Position numbers and translations under genes: made by a program
Shown: positions 47,356 through 57,122 of the stretch, one piece after another
Layout: each line of letters opens with the position of its first letter
Numbering within the stretch: the first letter of the stretch is position 1
NCBI GenBank assembly: GCA_017473265.1
Contig: JAFULQ010000022.1
Coordinates: 4,954 to 68,953 of the forward strand
Direction: 5' to 3'
Source of the DNA: Erysipelotrichaceae bacterium
GTDB taxonomy: Bacteria > Bacillota_I > Bacilli_A > Erysipelotrichales > Erysipelotrichaceae
DNA length: 64,000 nt
The notes under the pieces: generated by a model
The model's input: only the letters and a program-made list of their open reading frames with translations
Told to the model about the DNA's origin: nothing
The model's database searches: none

Positions 47356-49534
47356 CTATCCACCGCATTTGTTCTAACATTCTTTGTTGTAACGTTGTTT
47401 TACGCACATAAAAATCCTGTGCTTGAATACCATACATAAAAGCTTCTGGTTCTCCTAATAACACCAAAGACTTTTTAGCACGCGTAATACCGGTATAAAT
47501 CAAACGTTTTTGTAACATCATGCCATATTCTTTAACAATTGGCATAATGATAATTGGATACTCACTACCTTGTGCTTTATGCACCGAAATACAATAAGCA
47601 TGGGTAATATGCGAAAAAGTATCTGGTCCATATTCTACAAATACCCCTTCAAAATCCACAATCATTCTTGGCTGATTGGTTTCACTTTCTTCAGGATAGA
47701 TAATTTCTACTAAAATACCAATATCCCCATTAAATACATAATCATCCGGTTGATTTTTTAATTGTAAAATCTTATCTTGTTCTCTAAATAAACGATATCC
47801 TACTTGTAATTCACGCTTATATTCACTAGCAGGATTAATCGCTTTTTGTAACGCTACATTTAAGGCATCCACCCCAGCAACACCACCATATTTAGGCGCT
47901 AACACTTGAATACTGGTTTTAGAATACCCACGATCCAACGCTTCTTGTACTACATGTAAACAATAGTTTTTTACATCAAACTTATTACAATTATAGAAAC
48001 GAACATCTTGTAACTGTGGTATTTCATTACAAGCATCTTGTTGAATTTGGTGTGCCAAATTCACAATATCAGAACCTTCTTTTTGTCTAAAGATTTTATC
48101 TAAACGTACATATGGGAAATATCCTGATTCCATAAAGTCTTTTAATACACAACCAGGCGAAACAGAAGGCAATTGGTTTTCATCCCCAATTAAAATAATC
48201 TTCTTAAAATGTTCACCCGCTAATAATAAATGATAGAACAAATATTGATCCACCATGGAAAACTCATCCACAATTAGAATATCCACTAACAACGGATCTT
48301 CTTGATTTTTACCAAAGGTATTTGTCTCCAAATCCCATCTTAACAAACTATGAATCGTACTCGCTTCATGACTGGTTAATTCACTCAAACGTTTTGCGGC
48401 TCTACCAGTTGGCGCACATAGTGCTAATGTACTTGTAGGATACAAACGCTTGCATAAATTGACCATAGCTTTCACAACTGTTGTTTTTCCCGTGCCAGGC
48501 CCACCAGTAAGAATCATACATTCATTTTCAAATATCTTTTCAATCGCTTCTCTTTGTTTTTCTTCATAAGAAATTGCATATTCCTCTTGCACCAATTCTA
48601 AATGATGCAACACATCTTTTTTATCAACTACAGCTAATTGCTTTTGAGGAAACATCGCTAAATATCCTGCAATATAACTTTCCGCATCATATTGACTAAT
48701 ATGATAGACACGATTTTCTTCAATCACTAGTTTTCTAGCCATACCTAAAGTCATAAAGACTTCATCAAAATCATAGTCCAAACCTTTAAATTTCTTATCT
48801 AATACATCTTTTAACTCATCTACGGTGATATAACTATTACCTGTGGACATACAATATTCCATTACAAAGGATACACAAGCTGCTTGCATACGGTATGGAT
48901 GATCCATCTCAAATCCCATAGATAACGCAAACTTATCTGCTGTTTGAAAACCAATACCATCCACTTCTTCTACCATACGATAGGGATTTTCTTTCAGTTT
49001 TCCTAGCATATCCTTACCATAAATCGCTTGTAATTTCATTGCTTGCTTTAGATGTACACCATGCAATGTAAAGAAACGCAATACTTCTTCATCAGAAGTT
49101 TCTCTTTGTCTAATACCTTCAATTAGCGCTTCTTTTTTCTTTGCTGTCATTTTAGGCACACTATCCAAACAATCAGGATCATCTTGAATTTTCTGTAAAA
49201 TATTGGTACCCAAAGTATCAATTAATACTTGAGCCATCTTTTTCCCAATCCCAGGAAAGGTATGACTACTTAAATAACCTACTAAAGAATCCGAATCATC
49301 CAACTCCACTCGTTCAAATGTTTGAATTTGAAATTGCATTCCATAACGAGGATGTTCCTTATATTCTCCATGTAGTCTAAATAAAATATCAGACGGTAAC
49401 TGAGGCAGATACCCAGTTACCGTCATTAATTTGTCTTCTTCTTCATAAAGGCGAAAACGACGTACTGTGTATCCAGAATCATCATTACGAAATAAAATTG
49501 TATGAAACTTTCCTTTGATACACTCCATTGTCAT
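47339..49534 (-). CDS. recD2: RecD2-type ATP-dependent DNA helicase
   Basis: Walker A GGPGTGKTT, DEFSMVD, and the C-terminal SVHKAQGSE and YTGITRAK are present. Confidence 0.9.
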   Translation of the reverse strand: MTMECIKGKFHTILFRNDDSGYTVRRFRLYEEEDKLMTVTGYLPQLPSDILFRLHGEYKEHPRYGMQFQIQTFERVELDDSDSLVGYLSSHTFPGIGKKMAQVLIDTLGTNILQKIQDDPDCLDSVPKMTAKKKEALIEGIRQRETSDEEVLRFFTLHGVHLKQAMKLQAIYGKDMLGKLKENPYRMVEEVDGIGFQTADKFALSMGFEMDHPYRMQAACVSFVMEYCMSTGNSYITVDELKDVLDKKFKGLDYDFDEVFMTLGMARKLVIEENRVYHISQYDAESYIAGYLAMFPQKQLAVVDKKDVLHHLELVQEEYAISYEEKQREAIEKIFENECMILTGGPGTGKTTVVKAMVNLCKRLYPTSTLALCAPTGRAAKRLSELTSHEASTIHSLLRWDLETNTFGKNQEDPLLVDILIVDEFSMVDQYLFYHLLLAGEHFKKIILIGDENQLPSVSPGCVLKDFMESGYFPYVRLDKIFRQKEGSDIVNLAHQIQQDACNEIPQLQDVRFYNCNKFDVKNYCLHVVQEALDRGYSKTSIQVLAPKYGGVAGVDALNVALQKAINPASEYKRELQVGYRLFREQDKILQLKNQPDDYVFNGDIGILVEIIYPEESETNQPRMIVDFEGVFVEYGPDTFSHITHAYCISVHKAQGSEYPIIIMPIVKEYGMMLQKRLIYTGITRAKKSLVLLGEPEAFMYGIQAQDFYVRKTTLQQRMLEQMRWIDDEED

Positions 49535-49543
49535 TTTTCCTTT

Positions 49544-50257
49544 CTATAACATCATCAATAGCATAATGGAAATACCATTATACAAAGCATGTAAAAGTAT
49601 ACCCGAAATCATTTGATCGGTACGATGATACAAATTCGCAAACACAACACCCATACCACCATAAACAATTACAAATGCTATATCTAAAAAATTACCAGTA
49701 AATACTGATTCATATACATGTAAAAATCCAAATAAGAAAGAGGATATTACATATGCTTGTATCATATTTTTACTACTAAACCATCTAAAAAATCCGCCTC
49801 TAAAAATACCTTCTTCAACAATTGGTGCAAATACCACTGCACTAAATGAAACATAAAATGGATATTTAAAGAACATTTCTTCAATGGCTAATTGATTGGC
49901 ACTATTATCTAATCCAGTAATTAACATAATAATTAGTGATAATACAATATTAATCACAATCAAAACTACTACATAAATAAGTACATATCCTACATTTGTA
50001 ATCGGATCTTTCTTAAACTCCAACCAAGATTCTTTATATACTGGCCATAACAAAATCACTGTTGTAACCAATACAATGGCAGTTAGTGCAATAGCCATCG
50101 CAACCGGCATACTCTCTTCTTTTGTAAACAATTGCCATAGTCCCATTAAAAGCATAGGATATACATACGCATATCCTACAAAATAATGCAAACAAGCAAT
50201 TAATAAACGCTTTTTAGATATTGGCGATTCAAACAACTCAATATCTCTATTCACCAT
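49544..50257 (-). CDS. CPBP (CAAX) family intramembrane protease
   Basis: EEGIFRG, FGFLH and HALYN are present. The ATG at 50257 lies behind AGGAG, inside the mnmA 3' end. Confidence 0.8.
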   Translation of the reverse strand: MVNRDIELFESPISKKRLLIACLHYFVGYAYVYPMLLMGLWQLFTKEESMPVAMAIALTAIVLVTTVILLWPVYKESWLEFKKDPITNVGYVLIYVVVLIVINIVLSLIIMLITGLDNSANQLAIEEMFFKYPFYVSFSAVVFAPIVEEGIFRGGFFRWFSSKNMIQAYVISSFLFGFLHVYESVFTGNFLDIAFVIVYGGMGVVFANLYHRTDQMISGILLHALYNGISIMLLMML

Positions 50258-51395
50258 ACAAAGTCTCCTGAATCTTTGTCGCAATATCCACGCCATCACG
50301 ATAAATCACTTCAATGACACCGCCACCTAAGCAAACATCACCTTGATAGAATACCGCTTGTTGACCTGGTGTAACCGCTGGAATTCCTTGAGGATACGTA
50401 CAGTTAATATTACCATCCTCTAATACTTCAATGAACACTGGATGATCTTTTTGACGATATCTAAACTTCGCACAACATGCATATTTCCCTTGAGGAACAT
50501 CATTTACTAACCAGTTCATTCCACTAACTAAACAACAATCACTCACTAACCAAGGATTATCTTCATGTGCAGCCACATACAATTCATTGCGTTGTACATC
50601 TTTACCCACAACAAACCATGGACCACCAACACCACCGATATTCAACCCTTTTCTTTGACCAATTGTATAATACAAGACACCCTCATGTTGTCCTAATACT
50701 TTCTTACTTTCTACATCAATGATATTGCCACTTTTAGCTGGTAAATAATTTTTCAAGAACTCTCTGAAATTACGTTCCCCAATAAAACAAATTCCTGTAG
50801 AATCTTTCTTTTTCGCAATAATTAAATCCAATTCAGCCGCAATTCTACGAACTTCTGGTTTATCTACTTCCCCTAATGGGAACAATGTTTGACGTAATGC
50901 TTCTTTTGAAATTTGACACAAGAAATAACTTTGGTCTTTATTGGTATCATGTGCTTTCAATAAGAAACTTTCATCTTCTTGATGATCCACTTTCGCATAA
51001 TGTCCTGTAGCCACCATATCAAATCCTTTAGACTTCGCAAAATCAAAGAAACTAGAGAATTTAATATACTTATTACATAAAATATCTGGATTTGGTGTTC
51101 TGCCCTTTTTATAATCTTCTAAAAAGCTTGTGAATACATAATCCCAATATTCTTTAATAAAATCCACACGTAATAATTCTAAACCTAATGCTTCAGCTAC
51201 TGCTTTCGCATCATTATAATCCTTCTCTTGTGGACAAATATCATCATCAATTGTAGGGTTCCCCAAGAAATCCTGATTGGTTGTACTATCCCAGTTACGC
51301 ATAAATGCACAAGTTACATCATAACCTTGTTGCTTTAATAAATATGCCGCAATCGCAGAATCGACACCACCAGATAACCCAACTAATACTCTCAT
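50247..51395 (-). CDS. mnmA: tRNA 2-thiouridine(34) synthase MnmA
   Basis: The PP-loop GLSGGVDSA is present. The catalytic Cys context is ILCNKYIKF...GICFIG. Confidence 0.93.
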   Translation of the reverse strand: MRVLVGLSGGVDSAIAAYLLKQQGYDVTCAFMRNWDSTTNQDFLGNPTIDDDICPQEKDYNDAKAVAEALGLELLRVDFIKEYWDYVFTSFLEDYKKGRTPNPDILCNKYIKFSSFFDFAKSKGFDMVATGHYAKVDHQEDESFLLKAHDTNKDQSYFLCQISKEALRQTLFPLGEVDKPEVRRIAAELDLIIAKKKDSTGICFIGERNFREFLKNYLPAKSGNIIDVESKKVLGQHEGVLYYTIGQRKGLNIGGVGGPWFVVGKDVQRNELYVAAHEDNPWLVSDCCLVSGMNWLVNDVPQGKYACCAKFRYRQKDHPVFIEVLEDGNINCTYPQGIPAVTPGQQAVFYQGDVCLGGGVIEVIYRDGVDIATKIQETLYGE

Positions 51396-51826
51396 GCTAA
51401 TCCCTTTCTAAGTTTTCCACATGTTTCAAAATTAGGACAATCCGCATTACATGAACAATCTGCCAAAGCTTGTAATTCTCTTGGAATAAAGATTTCAATC
51501 TCTTCTTCATCATAACCTACTAAAAATTGACGCTCATCCACCATAATTGGACGCTTTAATACACTAGGATTTTGTTGAACAAAATGAATCAACTCCGTTG
51601 TACTCATTTCATCTATATCAATATTATTATCTTTAATAATTTTTGAACGTTTAGATATTAAATCATCCGTACCATTTTCACTTCTTCTAAGTAACATACG
51701 TAATTCCTTTTCATTTAACATCATTGTAAAAATATTTTTCTCAACAAATGGAATATTGCGATCCTTTAACCATTGTTTCACTTTTCTACAAGAAGCACAT
51801 CCAAATGAAGTATATACTAAAATCAT
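51392..51826 (-). CDS. spx: Spx/ArsC-family redox regulator with a Cys-rich C-terminal tail
   Basis: MILVYTSFGCASCRKVKQWLKDRNIPFVEKNIF aligns with Spx (CxxC). The start at 51826 lies behind AAGGTGGTG. An ATGA overlap links it to mnmA. Confidence 0.8.
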   Translation of the reverse strand: MILVYTSFGCASCRKVKQWLKDRNIPFVEKNIFTMMLNEKELRMLLRRSENGTDDLISKRSKIIKDNNIDIDEMSTTELIHFVQQNPSVLKRPIMVDERQFLVGYDEEEIEIFIPRELQALADCSCNADCPNFETCGKLRKGLA

Positions 51827-51904
51827 ATAAACACCACCTTTGGATATATTATAACATAACAAAACCATTTGACATTCTTTTTCTTTGTGTTAAATTATTA
51901 TTAA

Positions 51905-52106
51905 CAACATTGAAGAAATAAAAGTAATTTTTAGAGAACTTGTAAAAAGAGAGTGGATGGTTGCTGAAAATTCCACCAAGTACTAAAAGTGAATTGGGAT
52001 TTTGGAGTTGACTCGGTTACAGCCGTTATCTGTTTAAGGACCTTTATGGTTGAAATTGGGTGGCACCACGTTTGTTTATAACGTCCCTTGTTGGGACGTT
52101 TTTATA
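51905..52106 (+). promoter_or_regulatory. T-box leader (Trp specifier UGG) with a terminator
   Basis: The upstream promoter is TTGACA (51869), a 16-nt spacer, then TGTTAAATT. I also see AGAGA, GAA-TGG-G, the T-box AAATTGGGTGGCACCACG, and the terminator AACGTCCC-TTGT-TGGGACGTT followed by TTTT. Confidence 0.85.
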
Positions 52107-52124
52107 TTTTTAGGAGGTACAAAT

Positions 52125-52319
52125 ATGCAAGGAAAACAATTAGAAAAAAGTATGTACAATAAAAAATTAGATGGTGTATGCGCAGGTATTGCACATTATC
52201 TAGATATCGATCCAACGGTTATTCGTTTAGTTATGGTATTATTCACATTAGGTGGTGGTGCTGGATTATTGTTATATTTAATTGCCGCAATCATCATGCC
52301 TAGAAGTACAGAATTTTAA
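52125..52319 (+). CDS. PspC-domain small membrane protein
   Basis: The ATG at 52125 lies behind AGGAGG. KKLDGVCAGIAHYLDIDPTVIRL is followed by a TM helix. Confidence 0.75.
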   Translation: MQGKQLEKSMYNKKLDGVCAGIAHYLDIDPTVIRLVMVLFTLGGGAGLLLYLIAAIIMPRSTEF

Positions 52320-52334
52320 TAGGAGGAAACCATC

Positions 52335-53324
52335 ATGAAAAGAATGTTAAGTGGTATTAAACCAACAGGACAATTAACTTTAGGAAACTATATTGGAGCT
52401 TTACGTAATTTCGTAAAATACCAAGATGATTATGAAATGTTTGTATTCATCGCCAACTTACACTGTGTAACCGTATACCAAGACCCAAAAGAATTACGTA
52501 AAAATTTAAAAGATGCGATTGCTTTATATTTAGCTTGTGGACTTGATCCAGAAAAATCTACAATTTTCTTACAATCTGATGTTATGGAACAAGCACAACT
52601 TGGTTTCTTATTAACATGTACTACCTACATGGGTGAATTGAATCGTATGACACAATTCAAAGATAAATTAGCGAAACAAGAAAAGAACATTACAGCTGGT
52701 TTATATGTATATCCTTCATTAATGGCTGCGGATATTTTAGCGTATGATGCAGACTATGTACCTGTAGGAGATGACCAAAAACAACACGTAGAACTAGCAC
52801 GTGATTTAGCTGAACGTTTCAACAATCGTTATTCTCCAACATTTACTGTACCAGAACCATTAGTAGCTAAAGTTGGTGCTCGTATTATGTCATTAACAGA
52901 ACCTACTAAGAAAATGAGTAAATCAGATGAAACAAATAAAGGATGTATCTATTTATTAGATGAAATTCCAGTAGCTCGTAAAAAAATCATGGGTGCTGTA
53001 ACAGATATGCTTGCGAAAGTACAATATGATAAAGTAAACCAACCTGGTATTTCTAACTTATTAGAAATCATGTCTTCATTATCTGGTGAACCAATTGAAG
53101 ATATTTGTGCAAGATTTGAAGGAAAAGGTTATGGAGAATTCAAAAAAGCTGTAGCTGATGTTGTATGTGATACATTACAACAAATCCAAGACAGATATCA
53201 TGAAATCATTAACAGTGGTCAAATTGATAAAGTCTTAGAAGATGGCGCAAATAAAGCAAGATATATTGCTCATAAGAAATTAATGAAAGTTCAAAAGAAA
53301 ATTGGTATTGAAATTAGAAAATAG
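52335..53324 (+). CDS. trpS: tryptophan--tRNA ligase
   Basis: The class I motifs GIKPTGQLTLGNYIG (HIGH-like) and KMSKS are present. Confidence 0.95.
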   Translation: MKRMLSGIKPTGQLTLGNYIGALRNFVKYQDDYEMFVFIANLHCVTVYQDPKELRKNLKDAIALYLACGLDPEKSTIFLQSDVMEQAQLGFLLTCTTYMGELNRMTQFKDKLAKQEKNITAGLYVYPSLMAADILAYDADYVPVGDDQKQHVELARDLAERFNNRYSPTFTVPEPLVAKVGARIMSLTEPTKKMSKSDETNKGCIYLLDEIPVARKKIMGAVTDMLAKVQYDKVNQPGISNLLEIMSSLSGEPIEDICARFEGKGYGEFKKAVADVVCDTLQQIQDRYHEIINSGQIDKVLEDGANKARYIAHKKLMKVQKKIGIEIRK

Positions 53325-53327
53325 TCC

Positions 53328-53819
53328 TTATAAAGGACTATTTTTTAGTAAATACTGATTCGCTTCTTCTCTAGTCGTAAATATATAAACATCTTTATTA
53401 CATGTTTGTAATAATTCCCATATCATTGGACGTTGTTTATTATGGAAACTTTGGATGAATTGTAAAAACTCTTCATCATCCTCTTCTTCAATCCAAGGAA
53501 TATCACTACGCTTCTTTCCCTTGCGACTTCTTACACCTTCAATACACACTTCAGTAGGATAATCTAAGAAAAAGATGGTGTCACAATGTTGTATGCGCCA
53601 TTCCATTGTAGAAGCATAGTTACCATCAATAATCCAAGAAGGTTGTTGAAGAATATTATCTAAACGATTTTTAAATACTTCACTAGAAACCGTTGTCTTA
53701 TCCGCATTCCAAAATAAATTATCTAAATGATATAAAGGAATCTCTACTTGTTCATGTAATTTTCTAGCAAAAGTACTTTTACCAGAACCAGGACAACCTA
53801 TAATCAAAACTTTTTGCAT
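53328..53819 (-). CDS. P-loop NTPase (adenylate-kinase / topology-modulation-like)
   Basis: MQKVLIIGCPGSGKSTFARKL is present. The start at 53819 lies behind AAGGTGA. Confidence 0.75.
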   Translation of the reverse strand: MQKVLIIGCPGSGKSTFARKLHEQVEIPLYHLDNLFWNADKTTVSSEVFKNRLDNILQQPSWIIDGNYASTMEWRIQHCDTIFFLDYPTEVCIEGVRSRKGKKRSDIPWIEEEDDEEFLQFIQSFHNKQRPMIWELLQTCNKDVYIFTTREEANQYLLKNSPL

Positions 53820-53857
53820 ATCATCACCTTCTAGTTTGATTATAACAAAAAACACAC

Positions 53858-54778
53858 TTATTGTGTGTTTTTCATCCATTCTACAATATCATTCATAACA
53901 TATTCAGGAATATGTCTTTCTACATTATATTCATTTTTCGCTTTCGTTATATCTTTAGAAATATATGATACAAAAGCATGATTTAAACCTTCATATAACT
54001 TAAAGGAAACATTTTCTTTACCATCACAAATTTGTTGATACAATTTATAATCTTTTTCAACAGATACTTGAAAATCCGCATCACCTTGTAAAATTAAGAC
54101 TGGTTTTTCTGTATTTCTTAACAATTCATCCGTTGGATAGTTCATCATTTCCTTAAAATAATAGGCCGTTGTCCCATTACCTAATGAAGTCTTCTTCGCT
54201 TCTTCATCACTCATGCTATCCAATTTTGTCAAAGTATCTTCTATCTTTTTCGTTGATTTATCCAAAATCCAGCGAGTCAAACGATTGGAATTGGCTTTCA
54301 TATCATCAAATTGTCCCAACATGATTTCATGTAAGTTTCTAGCACTTCCTGCCATAATAATCAACCCTTTAGCATCCGCAGCTAGATCAATACGAGGAGC
54401 TAACATACCACCCATACTATGACCTACAATATAGACATCTTTAATACGTGTATCTTCTTTTAATACTTCCACTGCTTTTATAGCATCATCAACTGTTTCT
54501 TGTTGAACCGTAATGACTTCTTTAGAACGAACCATTTTCAATCCATGCGCAAAGGAACGCTTATCATAACGAATAGAAGCTACACCTAATTTCGCTAAAC
54601 CTTCAGCCAAATCTTTAAATGGAGTTAACTTTTGAATTCTTTCATCCATATTACTAGAACCAGAACCATGAACAAACACAACTGCACTACAAGGCCAATA
54701 ACTTTCATCAGGTAAAGTAAATATACCATTTAAGGGATAACGTTCATCAGCTATAATTACAACTTTTTCTTCTAGCAT
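53858..54778 (-). CDS. alpha/beta hydrolase
   Basis: The nucleophile elbow GHSMGG is present. The start at 54778 lies behind GAGGAG. Confidence 0.8.
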   Translation of the reverse strand: MLEEKVVIIADERYPLNGIFTLPDESYWPCSAVVFVHGSGSSNMDERIQKLTPFKDLAEGLAKLGVASIRYDKRSFAHGLKMVRSKEVITVQQETVDDAIKAVEVLKEDTRIKDVYIVGHSMGGMLAPRIDLAADAKGLIIMAGSARNLHEIMLGQFDDMKANSNRLTRWILDKSTKKIEDTLTKLDSMSDEEAKKTSLGNGTTAYYFKEMMNYPTDELLRNTEKPVLILQGDADFQVSVEKDYKLYQQICDGKENVSFKLYEGLNHAFVSYISKDITKAKNEYNVERHIPEYVMNDIVEWMKNTQ

Positions 54779-54779
54779 A

Positions 54780-55427
54780 TTACTCCTCTTTATCTTTCTC
54801 ATATTTTACATAATACATATAAGAATAAACCACAGGTACAAATACCATTACAATTAAACAAATTAACATAGGAACCATTAAACCTAACATTCCTAATACC
54901 GCAGATAAAAATCCAGCAATCATCCAACAAGGGCCAGCAAAACGATGCGTCTTATTCCAGTTTTCTTCACTATTTAACGTCCAAGGAATTTTGATGCCTA
55001 CTGTATAACTTTGTTTACATTTAGGTAAATAATTACCAATCACCATAAATAATAATCCCATAAAAATCGGCATAATCGCATTGATATCTATTTGCATACC
55101 TAAAACAGTACCATACGTAATATATCCCAACAACAAAGAAATTACTGGACAAATCCATAAGACCAATTTCCATAGTTTATCTGCAATATTTTTATTCTTT
55201 GGATCTGCCAATGTTCCAAGTGTGCAAAGCCATTGCACACCCACTAAAATTAAAGGTAAAACAACAATCGCAAACAATTTTGAACTATAACCATCAATTT
55301 CTCCTTGCATATTCCAATGCGTTGGAATTTGATCAGGTAATTGATCCCACAATCCAAAACCAATCAACATAGGAATTAAAATAATAAATGATGTCACAAT
55401 TAACAACCCTCTATACTTCTTCAACAT
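54780..55427 (-). CDS. SdpI/YhfL-family membrane protein (DUF1648 + SdpI domain)
   Basis: QLPDQIPTHWNMQGEIDGYSSK and the WNKTHRFAG region are present. It overlaps the ArsR-type gene by 17 nt. Confidence 0.75.
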   Translation of the reverse strand: MLKKYRGLLIVTSFIILIPMLIGFGLWDQLPDQIPTHWNMQGEIDGYSSKLFAIVVLPLILVGVQWLCTLGTLADPKNKNIADKLWKLVLWICPVISLLLGYITYGTVLGMQIDINAIMPIFMGLLFMVIGNYLPKCKQSYTVGIKIPWTLNSEENWNKTHRFAGPCWMIAGFLSAVLGMLGLMVPMLICLIVMVFVPVVYSYMYYVKYEKDKEE

Positions 55428-55695
55428 GAGAATCCTCCCCTTTCAACTCACTAATCCATAGCATAATATCTTCTAATACCGACGTATTTAACTCATAATA
55501 AATAAACTTTCCTTTTCGAGTATCACGAATTAATTCCGCTTCCTTTAATACAGATAAATGTCTAGAAATTGATGCATTCGTAACATCAAATTTTTCAACA
55601 ATTTCACCAGCAGATAAACTCTTCTCTTTTAACATATTCAAAATTTCTCTACGAATTGGATCCGCTAATGCTCTTAATGTTTTCTGCATTCCCAT
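55411..55695 (-). CDS. ArsR/SdpR-family transcriptional repressor
   Basis: The winged HTH reads LADPIRREILNMLKEKSLSAGEIVEKFDVTNASISRHLSVLKEAELI. Confidence 0.85.
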   Translation of the reverse strand: MGMQKTLRALADPIRREILNMLKEKSLSAGEIVEKFDVTNASISRHLSVLKEAELIRDTRKGKFIYYELNTSVLEDIMLWISELKGEDSHVEEV

Positions 55696-55706
55696 TTCAT
55701 CACCTC

Positions 55707-55733
55707 ATTTAACATTTAACCTAATTGTTAAAT
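55707..55733. promoter_or_regulatory. candidate operator upstream of the ArsR/SdpR-like gene
   Basis: ATTTAAC-ATTTAAC-CTAATT-GTTAAAT: a direct repeat plus an inverted 7-mer, 12 nt from the start codon. Confidence 0.3.
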
Positions 55734-55790
55734 ATATTATAACATACATTCTATTGTATGCAAACAAAAAGACGATATTTTAAATATCGC

Positions 55791-57122
55791 CTATTCACCA
55801 CTAATTGATAAACTTGTAAACAAGATAGATGGAGCGCTTGCACTAGATAATGCATCCTCTAAATCACTACCCACTACTTCTACTTCTTTCATCATCTCTA
55901 AGAAATTACCAGCTACAGTAATTAAGTTAACTGGTTTTACAATCTTACCATTTTCAACATAATACCCGGCTGCCTGTAATGAGAAATCCGTAGTAATTGG
56001 ATTCAATCCTGCATGTAAACCATTGATTTCATCAATAATCAAGCCACAATCCATTTGTTCAACCAACGCATCAAATGACACATCACTTGGTTGGATATAG
56101 AAATTGGTTGGATGAATCCCTACACTACTTGCATAACCACTCTTAAAGCCATTACCTGTTGAAGTTGTGTTCATTTGTGCCGCAGATTTTTGGTTATGTA
56201 AGAATAATTTTAACACGCCATTTTCTACTACTGTTTTAGTATAAGAAGTTACACCTTCATCATCAAATGGAGTGCTATTAATTCCATCTTTCTTTAAAGG
56301 ATCATCTAAAATCGTAATCTTTTCATCAAAGATCATTTCATTCATCTTATCTTTTAATTTACTAATTCCTTTATACACTTGTTCTCCATCAAACAACCCA
56401 GTAAAAGCTCCCAACAAAGAACTCATCGCATTATTTTTAAGAATCACTTTATATTTACCCGTTTTTACTTGTGTCGCATTCAATTTTGAACAAACTTTTT
56501 CTTTTAGTTTTTCAACATATTCATCAATTGGACATTCATCAAAACTATGCATAACCTTAATTTCATATGCACTCTTATTGTCATTATTTTCTTGTGCCAA
56601 TACAGAAGAATAGAATACAGTATACGATTCTTGTTTATGCAAATCCATACCCAAAGAATTGTAAATTTGCGTTTGTACTTGTTGCGTTTCCATTAAACTA
56701 CCCATCACTTGTACAATACGTGGATCACTTTGTGCTAATTTGCTTTCTACTTCTTTTAAATATGCTATTTTTTCACTCGCATCCACATTTACTAATTGGT
56801 TTTCGGTTACTTCTACACTAGGATATTCGTTATCTCCTGCATAAATGAAAGATGGTTCATCTAGTTCTAATGATTTCGCATTTTCCATTAACATTTGTAA
56901 ACAAGTATCAATATTATCATCACTATCTTCTTCTACGAAACAATAGCCCATTTTACCATTGTAAATACCACGAATAGCCATACCACCACTTTGGGCAATT
57001 GTTAAAGCATCTACTTTTTGAGCAAACACTTCAATTGATTGTTTTTCTGATTTTTGAATATACACTTCAATCGGATCAATTTGTAAAGCTTTCGCTTTTT
57101 CCATTAATTTAGAAATATTCAT
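55791..57122 (-). CDS. pmbA: TldD/PmbA family metalloprotease, PmbA-like subunit
   Basis: It is 443 aa and paired with tldD through an ATG/stop overlap at 57122. Confidence 0.85.
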   Translation of the reverse strand: MNISKLMEKAKALQIDPIEVYIQKSEKQSIEVFAQKVDALTIAQSGGMAIRGIYNGKMGYCFVEEDSDDNIDTCLQMLMENAKSLELDEPSFIYAGDNEYPSVEVTENQLVNVDASEKIAYLKEVESKLAQSDPRIVQVMGSLMETQQVQTQIYNSLGMDLHKQESYTVFYSSVLAQENNDNKSAYEIKVMHSFDECPIDEYVEKLKEKVCSKLNATQVKTGKYKVILKNNAMSSLLGAFTGLFDGEQVYKGISKLKDKMNEMIFDEKITILDDPLKKDGINSTPFDDEGVTSYTKTVVENGVLKLFLHNQKSAAQMNTTSTGNGFKSGYASSVGIHPTNFYIQPSDVSFDALVEQMDCGLIIDEINGLHAGLNPITTDFSLQAAGYYVENGKIVKPVNLITVAGNFLEMMKEVEVVGSDLEDALSSASAPSILFTSLSISGE

